A stretch of 64,000 nt of DNA from Lama glama. Its lineage: Eukaryota. Where the stretch lies: positions 55,554,001-55,618,000 of the forward strand of contig CM052817.1 in the NCBI GenBank assembly GCA_028534125.1. The letters are read 5' to 3'. This document shows, piece by piece, positions 12,561 to 25,884 of the stretch; positions within the stretch are counted from its first letter, which is position 1, and each line of letters begins with the position of its first letter. Under the pieces are notes generated by a model. That model had not been told where the DNA came from. It was given only the letters and a program-made list of their open reading frames with translations, and did not search any database. The translations under genes and the position numbers were made by a program.

Positions 12561-13329
12561 TCTACCAAACAGAACTTGGGTCTGCTTGTCCACTGCATGG
12601 CAAAGCCAGTCTACTGACACCGCTCATGGTAAAGGAAAGTACTGTGTTTACTGCTGGGCACCAAGCAAAGAGGGCAGGCGGCCCATGCTCAAAAGACCAG
12701 AACACCCTGTTGGCTTTCAGGGAAGTTTTTAGAGGCAACATCTGGGGTGAAGGTTGCAGCTCATGGACTTTTTCTGATTGGCTAGTGCTGAGGTAACAGG
12801 AAATCTTAATCATCAACCGTTAGGTTCTAACCAGTCTGGGGTGGACATTCTTGTTGTCATCAAGTAGTCACCATCCTCCACTTGGGGGTGGGTGGGTCTT
12901 AGTTTCTGCAGAACAACTCAAGATATGCATCAGATTGTTATGTATATACTTTGAGGAGGAACTAGAATCTTGTTTTATTGCTGAACTATTGCTCAAGCTT
13001 TCTTGCTTAACTGCTTGTCCTTTGTTTCTGTATTTTGTCACTTCTTTAGTTAGTAACTGCTTGAGTCTGCTTTTTGGAACTCAAGGAAGGCCTAGGAGAC
13101 TAAAACCTTTTTTCTTTTTTCACAGGGGACTTTTTTTCTTTTTTCACAGGGTCTTTTGTACCCAGGAGGACCCCACAGTGTCCTTCCTACTTGGTTTCAA
13201 TTCCCCTTTTCTTTGATACATCTCAATTCTGTAGGTAACAGAGGCAGGTCAAGAAAGGGAATACGGTTTCAGATAGAGAGGTTAATCATAGACGCAGCAG
13301 GGGGACTCAGTTTTGGGGACTCGGTTTCA
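12561..13329 (-). mobile_element. ERV1-class solo LTR with 4-bp TSD
   Basis: GC-richer 769-bp block ending …GGTTTCA (TGAAACC on the minus strand), flanked by GTCT at 12557-12560 and 13330-13333. CCAAT on the minus strand (CTGATTGG near 12775). The left terminus reads TC rather than TG. Confidence 0.8.
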
Positions 13330-13534
13330 GTCTCTGTATTTTAATAGCCTTAAATTAAGCATTTTGAAAGCTTAACTCACTTAGGTGAAATAATAAGAGT
13401 GAATGATAAAATAAAAAGAGTAGATAAATTTAACAAGATACATATCACTATGGCCAAACAAGTTTTGGTAGTTGTTTTGGTTTAACTAAAAAATAGTAAA
13501 CACTTCCGGCAAGTGCTTTAGGAGAAGGAAAACT

Positions 13535-13915
13535 TAGTTATTTAGAGCCTGCTACATTCTCAAAAACTTACACATGTTATCACATTTACTCCTCATCACT
13601 ATGGAAACCGATGGCCCCAAATCATCCCTTATTTCTCTTCATTTAACAAATATTTATTGGCCACCTGCTGTATGAAAGCATTGTTTCCAGAACTAAGAGA
13701 TATATAGTGAACAAACAGAAATTTTAAAAACCACTTGCCTTCTTAAAAAAACAGGGAATAAGAAAATGAAGGTTATAAGTAATAAATCATATATTTGATT
13801 AGTAAATTAAAACCTTTTGTAAGAGAAAAAAAAAAGAGCATCTACTAGTATAAAAGCTGAAATGTAAACCTAGGTTATTCCCTACTCAAATGACCAAGCC
13901 TTTTTCTACTCTATC
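13535..13915 (-). mobile_element. MIR fragments flanking an L2 3' end (about 13636-13760)
   Basis: TTCATTTAACAAATATTTATTGGCCACCTGCTGTATG is an antisense L2 tail, with MIR-like pieces on both sides. Confidence 0.55.
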
Positions 13916-14103
13916 ATGTAATTGAGGTATTGAGACTGGATTCCTTCATAAGAAAGGAGTTCCTAGGACATTAGGCCCCACCTAAGATTCCCAGAGTACT
14001 CATGAAAGAGAGCAATGATCAGAATTCCCTTGGGCAGGGAACTGGAGATCTTTGTATCAGGCCATGGAATTGGGAGAAGAAATTTCACAATGGTCTTCTA
14101 AGT

Positions 14104-14234
14104 GGTGTGATTATATAACTTATTACCCACTATAGTATGCAAGGATGAAAGCAGGGGTATTAATAATTATGCCTAGAGAACAGGACAGAACTACCCTGGC
14201 TGTTCCAGACAAACTATAACTAATAGGCACTCTA
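14104..14234. mobile_element. hAT-Blackjack MITE (MER81/MER94-like)
   Basis: GTGATTATATAACTT…TGAAAGCAGGGGTATTAATAATTATGCC…AACAGG…GGCTGTTCCAGACAAAC…GCACTCTA follows the recalled consensus layout. Confidence 0.55.
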
Positions 14235-15296
14235 TTGATCATTGAGGGCAAGACTCTGCTGACCTCTAATCGAAGTAAGACTGTACAGACCTGGGACAAA
14301 CTGTTTTCCATATTGCAACTTCAGTTTTATTTGTATACAAAGGAATTCGTATTTTTTGTTCTGTTTTATCATCTATCTGAAATCCTCTACCTCTCAGAAA
14401 AATTGTGATGGAAGGAAGTTTTCTGGGCAAGTGTCAGCAGGATTCACTCTCTTATTCTGTCCTGTGGGGAAAATAAACAAGTGAACAATCTTAGAAGCTT
14501 ATACATAACTTTTCACCAGATATGTCTTATAGAGGTCACAGTGGCACCAGGTGGATTCCGGTTCACAATGCTTGAGTGGAAAATTTCATCCTAAAATGTA
14601 TAATATTAATAACACCAGGATAGTGTCATTACATGGATGACTTCTTTTAAATTTCATGGAACTCTGACTACCATAAGGTCTCAGTGTATCAAGAGTGACA
14701 TGTAATCTCCAAATCTTGATTTGTGGTAGATGCCACCAAGCATTGCAGGCATGACATCCTGACCAACCTCACCCCTTCGCATCTTCTATCTGGTATCATT
14801 CCAGGTGTGCAACTGCACATAGACACAAGGGTTACGGAAATTTGAGAACTGTAATCTTTCTGGATATAGGAATTTAGTTTTAGTAATGTAATTCAGGAAA
14901 TTCATTCATAAATGCAAAACATTACATGTATAGATCCAAGTACAGATGTATGACGCCATAATTGGTGTTATGTATTATATACAGTCTCTAAATTGAATTG
15001 GAAAGTAAGAAATAAGAGTATATGATGCTTCTCACTATCAGTCAGCATTTTGTAAGTTATCAGGGATTCTGTAATTTAACCAATGTCTTAATTTTCACAA
15101 ATATTATCTGGATATAATAGTTATTTAAGTCCGACATGCAAAATAATACATCAGCTGTGCTGTACTCCTTTGGTAACTTAACTTGCTCTTGCTTCTAACC
15201 TGAAAAAAGTACTTACATAAAATTGATAATATTAGTTGCTGCTACATTGATTTTTGATTTGTACTACATCATATTGTGTAATTAAACATAGCCAAA

Positions 15297-15770
15297 CAAT
15301 TATGCTAAGTAGAATAAAGTCAGACAGAGAAAGACAAATACTATATTATCTCACTTATATGTAGAATCTGTAACAAAGCCAAACTCATAGAAACAGGGTA
15401 GAATGGTGGTTATCAGGGGCTGGAGGCTGGGGGAAATGGGAAGGTGTTGGTCTAAGGAGAGAAATTTCCAGTAATAAGATGAGTAAGTTTTGAACATCTC
15501 ATAGTCAGCATGGTGACTATAGTTAACAATACTGTATTGTACACTTCAAAGTTACTAAAAGAGTAAATCTTAAATGTTCTCACCATAAAAAAAAGGAATG
15601 ATATGAGGTGATGAATGTGTTAACTAACCATTGTGGTAATCATTTTGCAATGCATACACAAATCCAATCATCATGCCTTACACCTTAAAATTACACAATA
15701 TTATATGTCAATTGTATCCCAATAAAACTGGAAAAGTAGTAAATAAAATAGAAAAAATAAAATAAAATAG
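15297..15770 (+). mobile_element. L1 3' end (L1MA9-like)
   Basis: ATTATGCTAAGTAGAATAAAGTCAGACAGAGAAAGACAAATAC…GTCAATTGTATCCCAATAAAACTGG followed by an A-rich tail. Confidence 0.9.
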
Positions 15771-17174
15771 ACAATATATATTTTAAGAAGCAAATGTGAA
15801 ATGTTTTTATACACCTTTTAATATTTAAGAATACAAAATTACTTTCGAGTATATAAATTGCTAATTGAGCTCCTTATTGGATTCAAAAAATCTGGGTTAG
15901 GCAGTAGCAAATATAAAAATATATGCAATCAAGGATTTATCTTTTATGTAGGTATTAATAGTAAAAACTGCATAGATTTGGGATCAAACATTGTTTGAAA
16001 TAATACTTTAATATATAACCAACAAAGTGAACTTTGTTTATTTTGGAAGCCCTGAATAAATCCAACTTCAGTTGTGATCCAAGCATGCATTTGCATAGTC
16101 AAGGATAAAAACAATCAGATGAATTACACCAAAAATGCTTTTGTCAGAAATACCAGAAAAAATAGGATGTGTAGTTTGCTAACTGAATATTATCATCTGT
16201 AAAATTTATATAGTTTTGATACTAACAGCATAGCTTAAAAAATGTGATGATATAAAGCTGGGGGAAAAATTAATCAAAAATATAAAACTCCCTGTGTTGT
16301 AGACTAACTTTTAATTTAAGAAATTTAAAGACAGATTTCTGGGTTGCAGACAAATTTTTATCTGCATATTGAGCAATCAAACCAACCCCTTACATAAAGA
16401 AGATTGGTTTATTAACTGTGAGTAGTAGACCAAAGGAAAAAGTTTACCAACCACTCATTCACTTCCCCTCACTCTTGTTTACAGTGTGAGATACTCACAG
16501 AGCCCTTGAATACCACCTAAGCCTGTAGGTGGCATTAACGACTCTCTCTGTATTAATGGTTCCCCTTGAAATAGAGGAATTTTGAATCATGCCCAACGTT
16601 ACCAAGATGTGTGCAGAAACAAAATAGGGTACCAGGGAAAGGACGCACCAGCCTGTATCTCAGTTCTTGGATGGTGTTCCCTCTCCTCTACCATCTACAA
16701 AAGCAGTGGCTCTTCTCCGCTTGGTCTACCCCAGTGTGAACAGAGCAGCTTGCTCCTCCTTGCATCATATTCACAGATTACTCATTCAGAGGAATTGGTG
16801 TCTAGCTATTACTGTCTTAGCTGTTCTATCTCCCTTAGGAAAACAAAGTTTAACGAATACTGGGATGGAAAATATGCCTGTAAACTAGTCTCTTACAACT
16901 TTATTGCTGATACATTTACTCAGAGCAATACATTCCTAGGCAAAGGATGTTTTATGATGAACACTTTTTTTCTTTAACATGAAGTAATTATTTTTTAAAA
17001 GTCTGCCTATCTTCCCATTGAGAGGCTCCAACTTGCTCTCCTTTCTTCTCTTCCAAAAGCAAAATATTATAATCAAACATTAAGAAATCTTGTACACACC
17101 AAAGGATGCTTTATGGGCATAGAAAACTCTTCTGGCAATGTTTAGGTTGGAATGGAATTATAGCAGACATAAAT

Positions 17175-17382
17175 TTGGAGTTGGAAACCTATAGTTTTAG
17201 ATCTTGACTTTACCACTTACTAGCTAAGTGAGTATGTGGAAAGGATTTAGTCTTTGAGTCCCTTTATCCTCTTTTGTAAAATTTGAACAGTAATATCTAC
17301 TCTGAAGAGAATTACCAATAACACATATAAAGTAATATGGGTACTTAGTAAATGATCAATAAATGTAACTATCTTATTATTT
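17175..17382 (+). mobile_element. MIR SINE
   Basis: CTTTACCACTTACTAGCTAAGTGA…CCTCTTTTGTAAAAT…TAGTAAATGATCAATAAATGTAACTAT. Confidence 0.75.
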
Positions 17383-17394
17383 TAACTTTTCAAT

Positions 17395-17650
17395 AATGTG
17401 ACATAATTATTTTTGTAGTGTATGGAAGTATCAAATCACTATGCTGTGCACCAGGAACTAACACAGTGTTGTATGTCACTTATATTTCAGAAAACAAACT
17501 CATAGAAAATGAGGTCAGACTTATGGTTATCAGAGGAATAGGATGAAAGGTGTTCAGACTTTCAGTTTTAAGGTAAATAAGTACTAGAAATGTAAACTTT
17601 TTTTCTTTTTCTTTTATTTTGTATCTAAGGACAGTAGTGCTAACTAATTA
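17395..17650 (+). mobile_element. L1 3' UTR fragment (cetartiodactyl-type)
   Basis: ATCAAATCACTATGCTGTGCACCAGGAACTAACACAGTGTTGTA…AAACTCATAGAAAATGAGGTCAGACTTATGGTTATCAGAGG. Confidence 0.75.
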
Positions 17651-19669
17651 GGATGAATGAAATAGTATTGTTTGATTTATATATGTTCATAAAATCTACA
17701 GCACAATTAGTGACATATATACTAATCACATAGGATATGGGTAGAAAGTATCACTTAGAGCCACACTTTTTTTATTCAAAGAGACACTTTATTCTTGCTA
17801 AAGAATCTCCTTTTCTGCTATTATTGCTCAGTTCTCTAATGCCTTGTGTCTAGTCTCTAGGGTGCAATTCTCATAGTAAATTAATACCCCAAACCTACGG
17901 ATTCTAAATGTGGTAGCTGCTGTCTCTTTATTTGGATCAGTTTTAACACTTCTGATAAAATGAAAGAGACATTTAAAAAGGTACTAGTTACATATTATGT
18001 GTTCTTCCTAGAAGATACAGTACAATCTTAGCACTCACTGTAGGAAACATGGAGACAGCATTAAAGTCAGCTATAAACCATATATTAGGCATTAGACAAA
18101 ATATAACTTCTATATAGAAGTTGAATTTCAATATTATTTTATATTGCGTGGCTACTATTTTCCAGGCATCTTTGTAACCATTGATTGTTTGGTTCACAAG
18201 CTAATATATACTTAGAAATTTAAAATGAGAAAGCATACAAAAAATAGAAGTATGTCCATGTTATATAATATCTGTTGAGACGTTGCCTTCTTTGCTCTGA
18301 GAATTAGAGCCCATTATTCAGGCAACAAAGAGAGGGCAGATGTCCCATCCTAGGAATTTAAAACTCAGTGTCAACTTAGGTGCATATCTGTGTACGTCTG
18401 TCTATGTGTAGGATGCACTATTGGAAACAATGGGAAAATCTCTGAAATTTGTGGGAATGTTAACATTCCATGTGTTGGCATTCATCCCCTCCTTCCTTAC
18501 ACACACACGTGTACACCCACATATACTAAGACACATACAAACTTATTTATACATTTATTTGTATATTTAAATATTTACTTAAATTTATATTAAATATGTG
18601 TATTTATACTTAGTTAAATATATTATTCACACATACACACAATCACACATATATATGTGCATATTCCAAAGCATAATTTTTATTGGCTAGGGAACTCATT
18701 GAACTTAATATTTTGCAAATGTGTATTTCCGCTTGAACGAACATTTCATGTGTTCCCTGGAATATTGGACTACTAGGACAAGGCTAATTAAAGTTTGACT
18801 ACACATAGACAAGGTTGAGTTAGATAAGGCTCCAGGAAGTCATCTCATATAAATTTTAAACCAATTGAAAAAAAGAAATATAAACACATCCCAGCTTTTC
18901 CAGAGAGTGAGGCAGCCTGATGGTGATATAGTCCTTCTCTGTTGGTTACCATAGTGGCCTGATCTGAAAGAACAAGAATTTCACCATCATGGATTCAGCA
19001 GCAGCAAGAGAACCTCCTTGTCATTTTCCTTTACCCATCGTCACATTCTTCCCCTTCCTTAGAGGATTTGAAGTGGATTTTGGAATGATGTGTGAAACTA
19101 ACTTGAAATTGGAGGTGAATGTTTCTATTAACATTTTCAGATCTGGATCTATTCCCAATGAGGAACCAGTGATTAAAGTGGTCATGCACACCTGTCTTGA
19201 GGAAACCACTTAGTTTAGTCCATGATAAAAGCACTAAACTTGCAAAAAAGTTTTCAAGATGTGTAACAAGGGTTATTATTTCTTATGGAAAAACATCAAT
19301 GTTTCCTTAACAGTCATGTTCTAAGTGACTAAACAGACCTCTTATATGTGTGGACTCAGGTACACAATTAGGAAGCATTGGACCAAGTCATTAACTTTAC
19401 TTCAGACCTGTACACATGTTGATAGCAGACAGTATAACTTGATACAGGACAGATTGTAAGACACTGAAAAGGAATTTTTTTAAGAGAAAATCAACTTAGG
19501 AGAAAGATAAATTTTGCTATGTAAGATAGACTCAACATTGGATATTGAATGTTGGGATGAAGAATTACAGTTTTGTACTTTTTGCTTCGCCCTGGAGCAG
19601 CCATTCATCCTGGGCAGTAAAAAGCTGTATCAAAAGAGGACTCTTTCTCTTTGAATATGGCTCCACATT

Positions 19670-20111
19670 TAACCCAGTGTTCTTAGATGCTGAGACAGAG
19701 CTGACATGTTCACTTATTTAGGGTAAGCAACCTCCAAAGATCCAGAATGAGGGAAGAAGGAAAAGTGAGACAGAGAAGGGAGAAAGAAGATCGAAATTTT
19801 TGTCTTATGAAGCTGATTTGATGGTCACAGGAAACATAGCTCGTTGCTCAATCACACTGGGTATCTTCAGGAAAAGTAAATAAATTTCCTGCCTCTCAAA
19901 AGAGTCTACATGGGGAAGAAAAAGCAACCAATTTATGCGCTAACTTCTCCATTTTCCCTTTAATTGATTAAAGATCACCCAACAGAGCATTTACTCAACC
20001 ACACAATCAGGATGTGGCTTACATCTGGGAGAGCCACAGCCTCTGATCTCTCAGGGCATCTGGCCTGAGGGCTGAGGTTGGTGTGGCTCCTGCTACAACA
20101 GGTGCAGTACA
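19670..20111 (-). mobile_element. ERVL 3' LTR (LTR33-like)
   Basis: The minus strand begins TGTACTGCACC at 20111, preceded by purine-rich AGGACAGAAG (PPT position). The body (CTGAGACAGAG…AAGTGAGACAGAGAAGGGAG…GCTCAATCACACTGGG) matches the recalled LTR33 layout. Confidence 0.65.
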
Positions 20112-22520
20112 CTTCTGTCCTAAGCTTTTATTTGACCTCTGAGGGAGTCTGAACATTCAAGACATGATCACTTATAATTTCCTAAAAACTCTTAGAGAAG
20201 TTTAGCAAAACACTTGACAGTCACTGCTTCTGCAGCAGGTCCTAGGGCAGTATTTGACATTGCTCATCAATCTCCTGTACCAACCATTCTAGATTTTACT
20301 AGGATGACCCAGACCTTTATCATGAGATATGTGAGGATGTATTTGCTTTGTTTCTGCAGTTGCTCATTCACAGTGATTGCATGGAAGAAAAATTCTAAGA
20401 GATAATGTAATGAACTCCTGTGTTGCAAACATACCTCCCTTTCTCCTATGTATTCACAACCACATCTTTTCATAGTTGTCAGGGTTGATTACAACAGTCA
20501 ACAGAGAAATTCTTTTTCTGCCACCTGGCTTTTTTGGCATGAGGAGTCCAAAGTGGTCTGTTGGTAAATACAGCCTCCAGTTAGGTGAAATATTATCCTG
20601 TACTCTGATAGAAGGGTTGAACTCTTTGTAATATGGACTTCAAATCTAGAGTGTACGTTTGCAGAGGTAGGAAGCACAGATTCCACAATTGGGTGCATTA
20701 ATAAGTGATAATAAGAAGAGTCCATCCAGTTTCATCCTTTGATTCCTAGATCTGTAAGCTTTGAGCATTAAGAAGATAGTATACTATATTCTTTGTTTTG
20801 ACATTATCCTAATCTTCCAAAGTGATCTGTCCAAGCTTCAGATTCTGCATAGGTTAGCCTTTAGTAGACCCTTCCAATGCTCTATTAATCCAGCTGCTTC
20901 CAGGCTAAGAGATGCATGTTATATGATATAATCCCGTAGTTTTGAGCCCATTGATCCAATCCTGTGTTATAATTGTGTCTCTTGGTTCAAGGTCATATGT
21001 AGAATACCATTTTGATCAGGTGTTCTGAACACCTTTGACAAAAGACATTGATAAACTCACTATGGACAGAGAAGATATCCTAATATCCAGGTTACATGTT
21101 GATTCTGTGAAGGATAAATCAACTCCTCTTGTAAATGAAAAGTATGAAATTTTAACTGACTACTTACTACCTAGTGCATGGCTGCTCTTTCCAAAATATG
21201 TGTCTGTCTCAAGAGCTCAGCATTGGCTTCTACTACTAGCAGACTGACAATGCCATGAGCTTGACCAGCTGTGGTGAGATAGCCTGTGCCGTTGACCACA
21301 GTCATGGCCCCATCCCTACCACTATTTCTACTCTCTTTGTGCGTTCGTGCCTACTCCAGGGTAAAGTAAAGAGAGAAGCAGTCAATACTACAGGTTGAGT
21401 AATCCTATCCATTTGGTTTTTGAGAGTCTCTTCTGTGTGGGATGATCTCTGATGGGCATTATATGAGAAACATAAAGATCCAAATATCCAGTCCCATAGG
21501 TTCATTCACATAATCTTGCCCGAGGGCCAGACCTCAGATCAGCCAGCCAAGTTATTCTTCATCTCCCCAACATCACAACAGATCCTATTCTTAGCTTCCT
21601 TGTCCCTTCATGTTATGTGAACAAACAAATGTTCTACTAGCAGCTCTGGTGATTGGATTTATTTACCTTCACCTCTGTTCTCATGACCAACTTATGTGGG
21701 GGCAGTAATGTAGCAGATATTTTTGTCCCACTTTCTCCCACATTTCATAACAACCTTTCTATAAAGACTCATATCTTTCTTCTGTAAGTTGATTGTTGGG
21801 ATATTCCCATTAAGCTGCATGTGTGGGGCATTGTTACCAAAGACATTAGTGACATGAATATGAGAGAACATAGTTGGAGAACAATGAATATGAGCAGTTT
21901 ATGAGAATAAGACAACTGCCCTTTCATGTCTTCTGCACCTGATCAGGCTAGTTTCTGATTGCACCAAATCCATCATGCAGCAGATTGCTGCTGTGTCTGG
22001 CTAACTTCATGCATTGAAGAAATGAATGACACATAGCTCACGATGACTAGTCATGGCCACCTTGCTAACCAGTGCGTTACTATCAGGGGCTCATTCTCTA
22101 CATGGATGCCAATACCTTCTTGTAGAAAAGAAAATGATTCCCTTCTCAGGAGAAAATCACCTTGTTTCAGAACCCCAGGGGTCTATTCGGTGGCATTCCT
22201 GACTCCACAGGCCATCGATACTTATCATGGATACCTCTAGCAAGACTGAATCTATTGACTTAAATCCCAAGTGAGCTAACAGCTCTGCAAAAGCCTGAAT
22301 ATTCTTAAGAGATATCTTGTGCCGGGCCTTACTTCAAACTGGACAAATGTTGAAGTCACCCAAAAAACGAGGTGGTAGAATATGATAAAATCCCAAGTGC
22401 TGTGCCTCTTTCTCAGTGACAGGAGCTGCGAGGTACAGCCACGTGTCTTATACCTTAAGAGGAATATGATAGTGTATCCTACACCACTAGGTTCCTAAAA
22501 AGTTCACAGGCCCTTGTGCC
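20112..22520 (-). mobile_element. ERVL internal region: decayed pol (RT end, RNase H, integrase) and dUTPase
   Basis: Minus ORF 21302-21505 (NLWDW…NAHQRSSHTEETLKNQMDRITQPV) aligns by eye to ERVL pol (DLWEW…VNAHQRASTTEEALNNQVDKMTRPV). Near 22500-22300 it reads like QGP..FLG..W…IP..V…L.LAAPVTEKEAQ. Near 20495 it reads VVINPDNY, like the dUTPase GVIDPDY motif. Many stops and frameshifts. May extend to about 23300. Confidence 0.85.
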
Positions 22521-23462
22521 CTTAACCTTCTGTCTTGCCTATGTCTTTCTCTGAAGATGACAGAGTTTTCCACTTTCTGCTAAACAAGTCCACTTAGTAT
22601 TATTCATTAATATAACAAGCCAGCATAATGTTCTGTCAAACGACAAGAAGTTCAGGACAATATAATTACAGACAGCAAGAGAGTGAACACAGACATTTGT
22701 TACACTGCTTTTCTTGCCATGTGACTGCAAACTGCTTTCACTCACATCTCCTAATGAGAATTGAGAAAGAAAGTTTTCCACATATAAATAGTCTCATGCC
22801 AAGTGCCAAAGTTTATATAGATCAGTTCTAATAACAGTACTGTATTTAACACAATGAGTATAATTGGGGCCGCCACCTGAGTATGTTTATACATTATTCA
22901 CTATGATTAATTTCTGTGGCTATTCTTTCAGTTTGTTTGTTTGTTTTTTCCCTTGAAAATGCCGGATGAGAAAATTGAATCACGATGCTGTGTTGACACC
23001 TGTTCAAATTAGTGTTCATGTTGATAATCTTACAATACTTCCAGGGCTTCTGTATCACTTCAGTTTTACTATAAAGAAAGGAGAAGTTGTGGCTATCATT
23101 GCTCACTCCCACACTAAGCAAGTGAAAAAGCCTCTTGATCTCTCAAACATTTGGCTTTTAACACTATCTCATCACAAGTAAATGTAGGGGAAAACTTTGG
23201 TAATTGTGATGTCATGCACGTCAGGGATTTTCACCTCCACAGTTAACACAAGCTTCATAGCAAAATTTACCTGGATGTTTGGAGGAAGACAGCTTTCCAT
23301 ACATAGCAGAATGTCAGTGACCCATTGCTAAAAAGTGTATGCTGATTTACTTTGTCTCACCAGCGAACCTTTTCCCACAAGAAGAGATTGATAGGAATTG
23401 AAACAGTAAGGGGTATAAAAAGACTTTACAATTCTACAAATTTAAAAGCACACATTTAAAGC

Positions 23463-23666
23463 CAGAATTTTTCTTAGTATTCTCTATAGACACTCTAGAG
23501 CCTCAGACAACCCCTCTGAGGCTGTGGAGGGAAGTGCTAGGGGCAGGAGTAAGCAGGCTCTCAGATATCCAATCACGTTTTGAAATGTAGCAGCTTCGGT
23601 GTATCTGCATTGAACATCAGATAGTCTAACATTTCATCTAAAAGAAAACGTGTTTTTTAAACCACT
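23463..23666. mobile_element. hAT-Charlie MITE (MER103-like)
   Basis: Ends TTTTTTAAACCACTG (Charlie TIR, reverse complement of CAGTGGTTT). Internal AGCAGCTTCGGTGTATCTG…ATTTCATCTAAAAGAA resembles the recalled consensus. Confidence 0.5.
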
Positions 23667-24844
23667 GATCTGATCCAACCTTTTGATGTTCACTTTGGGC
23701 AATAATACATGTATTTCAATCCAGCTTTCAAAGCTTATATACCATAAAACTGTAATAGATCCAATATTATCACATATTAAATATTGCCTTTAAAAAAAGC
23801 TATAGTGTTTACCACTACTTCTTTATCTATATCTTTTGGAGGAAAAAATAAAACTAACCAGCTAAACCAATAATCCTAAATTCCTGGGATGTTGTTGCTG
23901 TTTCCTGTGTTTCAGGCAATATCCTACTCGTGAGGTAAAAGTTCTGGTTATGTGCTTTTCATATTTTAGTATATATCATAGCCCATTTTACCTCTGATCA
24001 TTTGAAAATGTGTGAAACCAAGTTCCATAATATATAAAACACTTTTTTTGCTTTCCAATAAAATCAATACTGTATTTTTAATGCTTTTAAGGTAAAAAAT
24101 TATAAATGATAAATGATCAGGTATGTTTCATTGTAATCCATCTGATAACATAAAAGCTTGTTTTGGATAGGAAGACCAAACTGAAGTAAGCCATGGAAGT
24201 AATGATTATGTTTACATGCCTTTGCGTATACTACACACATTTCCACAACTCAGTGAAATATTCTCTGGTCAAAGATATGCATTAAGGGTCTCTATAAAAC
24301 TAAGCAAAATGTAAATAATGTTGAATGTAAATTTGCAAGACTGACAGATCAGTTTAGAATAATATGTCACTGAATTAACAGTGGGACAGGAGAGAGAATA
24401 TCTAAGTTAGATAGACAGTGAAGCAAGTAACCAACTCCAAATCTAGGATGAAAATAAGTAGAATTGAAAACTGCAGGATCAAAACTGAAATAGACAGAAG
24501 AACAAATGGAATCTGACATTATGACTTTACATGGCCCAGATGTCTGTGATTGGAAGTTATCAAAAGATATCTATATCTATATAAAGTCTGAGTGAAAAAT
24601 AAAATGGCTAAGCTTGGAATTGCTGGAAAGCAAATAATTTGAAAACAAAACAGTTAATATAGCCAAGTGTTATGGTGATTTGCTATTGTCTCTCAAAATC
24701 TGCTCCTGGTAGAAATGTTGAGAGGAAAATAACTGAAATAAGAGTCCAATGGCACTTAAAGTTTCAGTTTTAACTTTATGATCTTGGGTGAGTCACAAAT
24801 TCTCTGATCTTAGAACTCTTTGTATTAAGGTAAAGGTGTTGGGG

Positions 24845-25055
24845 AAATGGTGCAGGTCTGTTCTAAGACTGTTCAGTTGGATTCCAGCCTCACCATTTAA
24901 TAAGAGTATCTTAATCTTTCTTTGCCTCAGTGTCCTTATGCATCAGTTGTGGCTAATGAAATTATCTACCTCATATGGTAATTATAAGGGAAAAGAATGA
25001 AATAATGCATGAAGAGCATTTTCCATTATTGGAAAGCATTCAATATATGTCAGTA
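24845..25055 (+). mobile_element. MIR SINE
   Basis: TTCCAGCCTCACCATTTA…TGCCTCAGTGTCCTTAT…ATCTACCTCATATGGT…AATAATGCATGAAGAGCA. Confidence 0.7.
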
Positions 25056-25205
25056 AAGGTTGATTTCCCAAGAAGCTAATACAACTTAAGCTTCAGGATC
25101 TTTATTTCCTGGGGTTCCTTCCAATATCCTATAGCTGATTTTGAATTAAAATGTTGTATAATTTTAAAGTTCACCCCAAACATTGAATAATCCTTAAAAT
25201 CTCAA
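25056..25205. mobile_element. hAT-Tip100 MITE (Arthur1/MER69-like)
   Basis: GATTTCCCAAGAAGCTAATACAACTTAAGCTTCAGG…CCTTCCAA resembles GATTTACCGTGAAGCTAATGAAGCTTAAGCTTCAGGG…CCTTCCAAGG. Confidence 0.55.
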
Positions 25206-25884
25206 GTGAAAATGTAGCAATGATTACCTTTTTTTAAACATGTTTTAAAATTAATGTCTAGAACAGTTATTGATTCAATTAATTACAAAATAATATTTAG
25301 TGATCTTAAGCTTGGTATAGCTGAAAAGTAATCAAATTTACCATCTTTAAAATGGACCTAACATAGAGTATAGTGTTTGCAAAATTATGTCATTATAAAA
25401 CTGATGCTAATTTTAAGGATATCACTGCCTATTTTAAAGGAACTTGATGAGTTGAGAAAGACATCGGGTCAGCATAGCAACATGAGTACATTTTTTTCTT
25501 TTCAGACAGTAGGTTGTGGTTACTATTGGGAAACTACAAGAGAATTCTCATCTGTGCTGGGTAGTAAAAAAATAAGTCACGTTGTTCTAATGGGCTACAT
25601 TTCTGAGGAGAAAGGAAAAAATTGTATTCATCCTTGAGTTTAAGGCTAACAATTCTGTCCATCTCTTACTCCCGAATTACAGGGAGTTTAGTGTGATGAA
25701 AGATAAAAGTAAGCTTCTTATGCTCTTAAATTCCTTCTCTTCTCCCACCTGAAACTGTCTTAGAGCAGAATTCAGAAACCTTAGTTCTCCAGGGAAATTA
25801 AACATGATATTGCTCAGATAAAGAAATTCAATGGAGCATACAAAGCGAAAGGCAAATCCAGGAGATACCTAGGTGGGGCAGGAT

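Noticed and set aside
12440..13344. Cluster of four ORFs of 62-121 aa
   Set aside because: They lie largely in the solo LTR and reflect its higher GC content; no retroviral protein motifs.
18945..19213. 74-aa ORF MDSAAAREPP… with good Kozak context (CACCATCATGG) and an upstream partial X-box GTTACCATAG
   Set aside because: No recognisable homology beyond the first residues and no convincing donor site or partner exons; consistent with chance.
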